Origin: Eledone cirrhosa
Lineage: Eukaryota
Reading direction: 5' to 3'
NCBI GenBank assembly: GCA_964016885.1
Contig: OZ024743.1
Coordinates: forward strand, 29,574,001 to 29,638,000
DNA: 64,000 nt
The notes under the pieces were generated by a model. That model did no database searches. It saw only the letters and a list, made by a program, of their open reading frames with translations, and was not told where the DNA came from. Positions within the stretch are counted from its first letter, which is position 1. Every line of letters begins with the position of its first letter. The position numbers and the translations under genes were made by a program. This document shows, piece after piece, positions 57,388-64,000 of the stretch.

Positions 57388-57978
57388 TAAATGGAAAAAA
57401 TGAAACGAAATTTCCTTTCTCACTCTTAGTACGGCTGTTACTTAAATATAAGTATGTATACGACCATACATATATGTATACAGACGTACAGTAGTATGTA
57501 TATATATACATACATGCACACATATATATATATGTACGTATGGATTTACCGAACATTTATTATAATGCTCGGTTTGTTTGTAAACAAACATCCCGAATTA
57601 AGCCGTACAATGTTTAGCAACCATCGTTGCCCTTTTGTTCAACACTGACAAAGGAACGATGTATTAGTTTTAAGCTTATTAGCTATCGTCAGCACCGTAT
57701 ACCTTCCTGCCAGATGATTGAACGTCTGAAAGTATATACTTTCCTTATGCATATTAACGGCTGAGCAGCCTAATTTGTATATCGAGTGAGTTAATCGGCC
57801 GGGCGCACCGAAAACGATAAATGGAAAAAATGAAACGAAATTTCATTTCTCACTCTTATTACGGCTGTTACTTAAATATAAGTATGTATACGTACATACA
57901 TATATATATATACAGACGTACAGTAGTATCTATATATATATACATACATGCACCCATATATATAAGTACGTATGGATA
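57388..57978 (+). repeat. Approx. 160-bp direct repeats (57388-57548 and 57818-57978) around an approx. 270-bp spacer
   Basis: ataaatggaaaaaatgaaacgaaatttc...gtacgtatggat occurs twice. Confidence 0.8.
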
Positions 57979-58439
57979 TATATATAAAATGAATAATAAC
58001 AGGTAGACATCATAAAAACGTAATTTATTCCGTGTTCTTACAAATGTTTCCTCGGTGATTATACAGCCTAATTATGCTATGTGAAAAGTTATAACTATTT
58101 GCAAAACTCAATTATCAAAAGCTGTTACCACTGTATCATCAGAGCAGAATGGTTAAAATGTAAAATGTAAATACCCTTAAGGGAAGTTATTGGGAAGATA
58201 GAGTAGAAAAGGAGGAGAGAAAGAAGGGGAGAGGGAGAGAGAGATATAAGCAGGGGTTGGAGAAATGGGAGAGAGTGGTTTGTAGAATACAGATATCTTA
58301 ATCAAAATGTTGTGGTAGGGGTTTCATTATACTGCTTACTCTCAAAGCGACATCCTTAAGCGATGCGTTGATACTTAAGGTTGGAATTATTTATTGCCAC
58401 AGATGGCAGGTTCATAGATGTGGACAGGGAGGGAGGTGG

Positions 58440-58520
<81 letters not shown>

Positions 58521-59260
58521 TGGAGAGAGAGCAAGAGATAGAGATAGAGAGGGGACAGACGACTGCTATGCGATGCGTGTACATTGAGTTCATAGTTGTA
58601 GGCTACAAATTGCACTTAAGTATCCATTTATAGTGATGAGCATGGTATTGTCTTGTAGTGTGGGGGATATAGTTAAGAAGTTGTTATTGAGAGAAAGTAG
58701 TTAGCGAGAAAGCAATGTTATACTTACGGGTTCGAATGTTAAGTTATTTTAGAGTGAGAGAATTTAGGCTTCAGTTTGTGGTTGCAGTATAATGATCGTT
58801 CGATTCTGTCATTTAGTAATTTATTTTTGGATTTTAAGATGTAAAAGAGTTCAAGGTTACATAACCTGCAGTACTTCAATCTACTCCGATATGCACTAAC
58901 GCTGGAAAGTATATCCCATTTCAAGGTGAACTGTTGGTTGCGTTCACGGTGTTGCCAGGTCTTGTTGGCGAGCGTGGTAAAAAAACCTTGATTAGGATGT
59001 TTAATTGAGAATCGATGACGATAACAGCGAGATTTAAAGGAGGTAGTGGTAGACCCGATGTAATACCATTTCTGGTCGTTCGATTCAACAGTGCATAAAC
59101 AATGTTGGACTTTAGGCATTTATTCTTCAATGGACATCTTTCAGGTAGGTGGCAGTTACAGTTGTTAATGTGGGTAGCAGGTATACCATGGATAGGTTGG
59201 GATAACAGTATAAGTGGGTTGTGTAATACCCGTCTCCCGTTTACATTTTACATTTTATCC

Positions 59261-59384
59261 ATTCTGCTCTGAGGAAACAGTGCTAACAGCACTTGATAAT
59301 TGAGTTTTGCAATTAGTTATAAATTTGCACATAGCATAGCTAGGCTGTATAACCAACGTGGAAACATTTGTAAGCACACGGAAT
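59261..59384 (+). ncRNA. Hammerhead ribozyme family B with a long stem II (mirror at 58027-58150)
   Basis: attctgct-CTGAGGA-approx. 85 nt-GAAA-catttg-TA-agcacacggaat. Confidence 0.7.
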
Positions 59385-59430
59385 AAATTACCTTTTTATG
59401 ATGTCTACCTGTTATTATTCATTCTTTATC

Positions 59431-59620
59431 TTTAGGGCGGTGGATTGGCAGTATCGGTAGAGGGTCGGACGCCATGCTTTCCAGCATAGTTACGTCCCTT
59501 TACGATCTGAGTTCAAATCCCGCCGAGGTTGACTTTGCCTCTCATCCTTACGGGGTCGATAAAATAAATTACCAGTAATGCACTGGGTAATTACTGGCCT
59601 TGTGCCTAAAGTAGAAACAC
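59431..59620 (+). mobile_element. tRNA-derived SINE with a 16-bp target-site duplication
   Basis: TSD ttattcattctttatc at 59415-59430 and 59621-59636; B-box gttcaaatccc. Confidence 0.92.
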
Positions 59621-59795
59621 TTATTCATTCTTTATCTATACTCCGGAATACAGAAGGATCAGGAACTGAGTTCCGTAAACTATACTTCCATAACTCGTTG
59701 AGTAACCTCTCATCGAACGTCAACTCTATCCAGTATAGTAATTAACCATTACTGCATCCAGGATAATCCTATACTTAATATATATATATATATAT

Positions 59796-59954
59796 AGGCC
59801 AGGAATTATCCCAGTGCATTAGTGGTACTTTATTTCATTGAATGAAAGGCGGAGGTAAACTCGGCAGGATTTGAACCCAGACTATAAAGGACCGTAACTC
59901 TTTGCTGCAAAGCATGGCGTCCGACTCTCTACCGCTACTGCTAATACACCAGCC
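59796..59954 (-). mobile_element. Diverged SINE copy
   Basis: Reverse complement contains gggttcaaatcctgccgag and gacgccatgcttt. Confidence 0.8.
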
Positions 59955-60023
59955 TATATAGTAATAATAAATGTGAAGACTAAATTCCGAAGGGGGCTCG
60001 ATAAGTATTATATACACACACAC

Positions 60024-60073
<50 letters not shown>

Positions 60074-60089
60074 ATATAATATATAATAT

Positions 60090-60125
<36 letters not shown>

Positions 60126-60186
60126 CTTTTCTTTTGCAATATGTATACAGATGTGTTGGCATCTGTGTTTCATCACATACATATTA

Positions 60187-60221
<35 letters not shown>

Positions 60222-60433
60222 TATATATATATATATATATATATATTAGGTATAGGATTATCCAAGATGTAGTAATGGTTAATTACTACACTGGATATGG
60301 TTGACGTACGGTAAGAGGTTACTCTACGAGTTATGGAAGAATTGTTCAAGAAACTAAGTTCTTGATCCTTCAGTATTCCGGAGTGTATATAAAGAATGAA
60401 TAATAACAGGTAGACATCATAAAAAGGTAATTT

Positions 60434-60557
60434 ATTCCGTGTGCTTACAAGTGTTTCCACGGTGGTACTGCAGCCTAGTTCCGCTACGTGCAAATTTACA
60501 AGTATTTGCAAAACTCGAATATCCAATGCTGTGACCACTGTTTCCTCAGAGCAGAAT
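60434..60557 (-). ncRNA. Hammerhead ribozyme family B
   Basis: attctgct-CTGAGGA-aacagtggt...accaccgtg-GAAA-cacttg-TA-agcacacggaat. Confidence 0.75.
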
Positions 60558-62911
60558 GGTAAATGTACAATGTAAAAACCCTTAAGTGGGGTTGTTGGGG
60601 AAGATAGAGTGGAACAGGAAGAGAGAAAAAAGTAGGGAAGAGGGAGAGAGAAGGAAAGCTATGCAGGGGTTGGAGAAGTAGGAGACAGTGGTTTGTAGAT
60701 ATCTTAATCAAAATGTTATGGTAGGGGTTTTATTGGTTACTTTTGGAGAGATGCGTATATAGTTGAGGTCGGAATTATGTATTGCCCCAGAGGGCAGGTT
60801 CATAGATGTTGAGAGGTAGGTAGGTCAAAGGTGAGAGAGAGAGAGTGTAATGGATGTAGAGAGAGATATATAGGTAGAGAGGGGACAGATAAAGTATGTG
60901 TGGTGAGTGAACTTTTGGTTTTGTAGTAGTAATCTAGGAATTGTACTGAGTTACCATGTATAGTGATAAGCAGTGTATTGTCTTGTAGTGTGGGGGGGAA
61001 GAGAAGGTTGTTAGCTAGAAAGTGGTGTTGTAGTTACGGGTTCGAATGTTAAGTTATTTTATAGTGAGAGAATTTAGCTTTTAGTTTGTGGTTGCAGTAT
61101 AATGATCGTTCAATTCTATCGTTAAGTAGTTTGTTTTTGGATTTTAGTATGTAAAATAGCTCAAGGTTACATAACCTGCAGTACTTCAATCCACTCCGAT
61201 ATGCATTTGCGCTGGAAAGTATATCCCATTTTAAGGTGAACTGTTGGTTGTGTTCACGGAGTTGCCAGGTCTTGTTGGCGAGCGTGGTCACAAAACGGTG
61301 ATTCGGATGTTTGATTGAGAATCGATGACGGTACCAGCGAGATTTAAACGATGTGGTGGTAGATCCGATATAATACCATTTCTGGTCGTTCGATTCAACC
61401 GTGCATTGGTAAACAATGTTGGACTTTAGGCATTCATTCTGCAATGGACATCTTTCAGGTAGATGGCAGTTACATTCTTTGTTGTGGGTAGCGGGTATAC
61501 GATGGATAGGTTGTGATAGCGGTACAGGTGGGTTGTGCAATACCCGTCTCCCATTTAGTGGTTGGGAGGCAGATATTGCGTTCTGCCCATCTGTTACTAA
61601 AATGTTTTGTTTTGTAGAGTTGTTTAATTGCCTTAAGTTAAGTTTTTTTTATGTATGCTTCAAGGTTTGGTGCCGTGGAGTATGATAGTCTAATAGTTTT
61701 AGAGTTCAGAATTTTGCTGTACCTATGGGAACTAGGGAAGTGTTTATTGATTAATTTAAAGAATGAAAGAGATAGTTTTGTACTAATCGAGGCATTAAAA
61801 ATAGGATTGTACCAGATATACTTTCTACAACGTGATTTATTTGGTGGTGATCTTCTATTATTAGTATGTCTGGTAGTACCGTGTGTGTGTGCTTGTGTTT
61901 TAGTCCCCCGGTTACGTATACCTTGATTACGTGTAGAGCAATGTGTGTTGTGGAAATTCCTATCGATGTATTCTATTGTATCCCAGTGGTCAGCATTCCT
62001 TAGTGCATTATTGTAGTATTCAGCATGTTCACTAAAAATGTCAGAGTCAGACGATAGGCGAGAGATTCTAAGAGAAATACTTCGGGGAACTGATTTGATC
62101 ATGGAGAGTGGGTGGTTAGAGTTAAAGTTAATATACGTAAGGTTCTCATTTACCTTGTGGAAGGGTCGTATCTGTCCGGTATTTAAATTAAATTGTGACC
62201 ACGCTCGCCAACAAGACCTGGCAACTCCGTGAACACAACCAACAGTTCACCTTAAAATGGGATATACTTTCCAGCGCAAATGCATATCGGAGTGGATTGA
62301 AGTACTGCAGGTTATGTAACCTTGAGCTATTTTACATACTAACATCCAAAAACAAACTACTTAACGATAGAATTGAACGATCATTATACTGCAACCACAA
62401 ACTAAAAGCTAAATTCTCTCACTATAAAATAACCTAACATTCGAACACCACTTTCTAGCTAACAACCTTCTCTTCCCCCACACTACAAGACAATACACTG
62501 CTTATCACTATACATGGTAACTCAGTACAATTCCTAGATTACTACTACAAAACCAAAAGTTCACTCACCACACATACTTTATCTCGCCCCTCTCTACCTA
62601 TATATCTCTCTCTACATCCATTACACTCTCTCTCTCTCACCTTTGACCTACCTCCCTCTCAACATCTATGAACCTGCCCTCTGGGGCAATACATAATTCC
62701 GACCTCAACTATCTACGCATCTCTCCAAAAGTAACCAATAAAACCCCTACCATAACATTTTGATTAAGATATCTACAAGCCACTCTCTCATACTTCTCCA
62801 ACCCCTGCATATCTTTCCTTCTCTCTCCCTCTTCCCTACTTTTCTCTCTTCCTGTTCCACTCTATCTTCCCCAACAACCCCACTTAAGGGTTTTTACATT
62901 GTACAGTTACC

Positions 62912-63035
62912 ATTCTGCTCTGAGGAAACAGTGGTCACAGCATTGGATATTCGAGTTCTGCAAATACTTGTGAATTTGCACGTAGCGGAACTAGGCTGCA
63001 GTACCACCGTGGAAACACTTGTAAGCACACGGAAT
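62912..63035 (+). ncRNA. Hammerhead ribozyme family B (mirror copy)
   Basis: Same motif on the plus strand. Confidence 0.75.
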
Positions 63036-63074
63036 AAATTACCTTTTTATGATGTCTACCTGTTATTATTCATT

Positions 63075-63139
<65 letters not shown>

Positions 63140-63187
63140 CCTTATCGAGCCCCCTTTGGAATTTAGTCTTCACATTTATTATTACTA

Positions 63188-63975
63188 CTAGCAGAATGGC
63201 CCGGCGTTGCTCGGGATTTGCTATAGGGTTCTTATATATTTGATATATATTTTATCCTTATCGAACCTCGTGAAATAAATACGTTTTTTATATTTTGTTA
63301 TTGTGTATGCAAAAATATCTGTCCATAAATATATAATTATATATATATATATATATTAAAATAACAGACTAAAGTTTAAGCAAAGAATCACTGCTTTCAC
63401 ACTTAACGGGATATTCTACCTAAAAGCAGTATGAAGTACATACACTAAGACTAATTGATGTAATCTTTGGCTTTGTTTGTTTATATTTTGTTTTTGTGTA
63501 TGCAAAAATATCTGTACACGAATATCTATATTAAAATAACATATTAATGTTTAAGCAAAGAATCGCTGCTTTCAACCTTAACGGATCTTCTTAAACTAAA
63601 AAAATCAATCTGGAAATCAGGAAGACGATACTTTGGTTCGTGAAGACGTTCCCTGGCATAAGAATATATATACACCCACACACTGATCGCGTCATAATGA
63701 CGTAATGCAGACAGCAGGCATACAGACAGATATTATGAAGGCGTGACGTCATATCTATGTATCTATCTAAAAAGAGAAAGACTAAGAGAAAGAGAAAGAG
63801 ATCGCTAAATCGCCTAATGCAGTCCCTAAAGCATTGAAAATTTGAAGTTATTTTTGCTCAAAACACTTCCGGGATCATATTTATTACACGTGTAAAGTTT
63901 GAAAAAAAGCGGTTGGGTAGTTCTCGAGTTTTAGGGAAACAGACACACAGACATCCTCTGTTTTATATATATAGA
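63188..63975 (-). mobile_element. Non-autonomous Helitron carrying PLE family A fragments
   Basis: Minus strand starts TCtatatatataaaacagaggatgtctg and ends cccgagcaacgccggg hairpin + ccattctgCTAG; inserted between A and T with no TSD; an empty site is visible at 59945-59975. Confidence 0.85.
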
Positions 63976-64000
63976 TATAGGCTGGTGGATTGACAGTATC

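Larger units (their letters stand above)
57986..59780 (-). mobile_element. Penelope-like element family B, copy 1, with an inverted 3' arm (59241-59780) interrupted by a SINE
   Basis: ORF 58739-59119 YYIGSTTTSFKSR...LKWDIL...CRLCNLE (GIY-YIG); hammerheads at 58027-58150(-) and 59261-59384(+). Confidence 0.9.
60247..63080 (-). mobile_element. Penelope-like element family B, copy 2, with an approx. 890-bp inverted 3' arm (62195-63080)
   Basis: ORFs 61638-62102 (thumb/linker) and 61049-61540 (CNC..CPL, IVY...YIG); mirror ORF 62195-62437. Confidence 0.92.

Noticed and set aside
59431-59520. tRNA gene
   Set aside because: Pol III boxes are present but there is no cloverleaf; multiple copies with a shared tail and a TSD indicate a SINE

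Overview
AT-rich, microsatellite-dense eukaryotic (animal) DNA with no intact host gene visible; the recurring tRNA-derived SINE resembles those of octopod cephalopods (inference, not verified). The window is almost entirely retroelement-derived: two L1/Tx1-clade LINEs (6.4-8.0 kb remnant; 40.2-44.6 kb with near-intact ORF2), a decayed CRE-clade element with an N-terminal PHD finger (27.3-29.7 kb), a head-to-tail array of R4/Dong-clade RLE elements in (TAA)n tracts (44.7-53.5 kb), an RTE remnant, several SINE copies, a non-autonomous Helitron at the right end, and many Penelope-like element (PLE) remnants with GIY-YIG endonuclease pieces. The most notable signal is non-coding. By eye I find about 15 type I hammerhead ribozyme motifs with an intact or covariant core and about 8 degenerate ones, in roughly a dozen unrelated sequence families. 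Most lie in the arms of fold-back (inverted-repeat) insertions flanked by (TA)n. They include a highly structured 312-nt tandem unit bounded by hammerhead cleavage sites (retrozyme/circRNA-like, 18.45-19.58 kb), a U3-A8 covariant core, and several palindromes whose turning point falls inside the hammerhead itself. A few splice-flanked micro-exon candidates may belong to a host gene buried in these repeats. All coordinates were read manually and may be off by a few bases.
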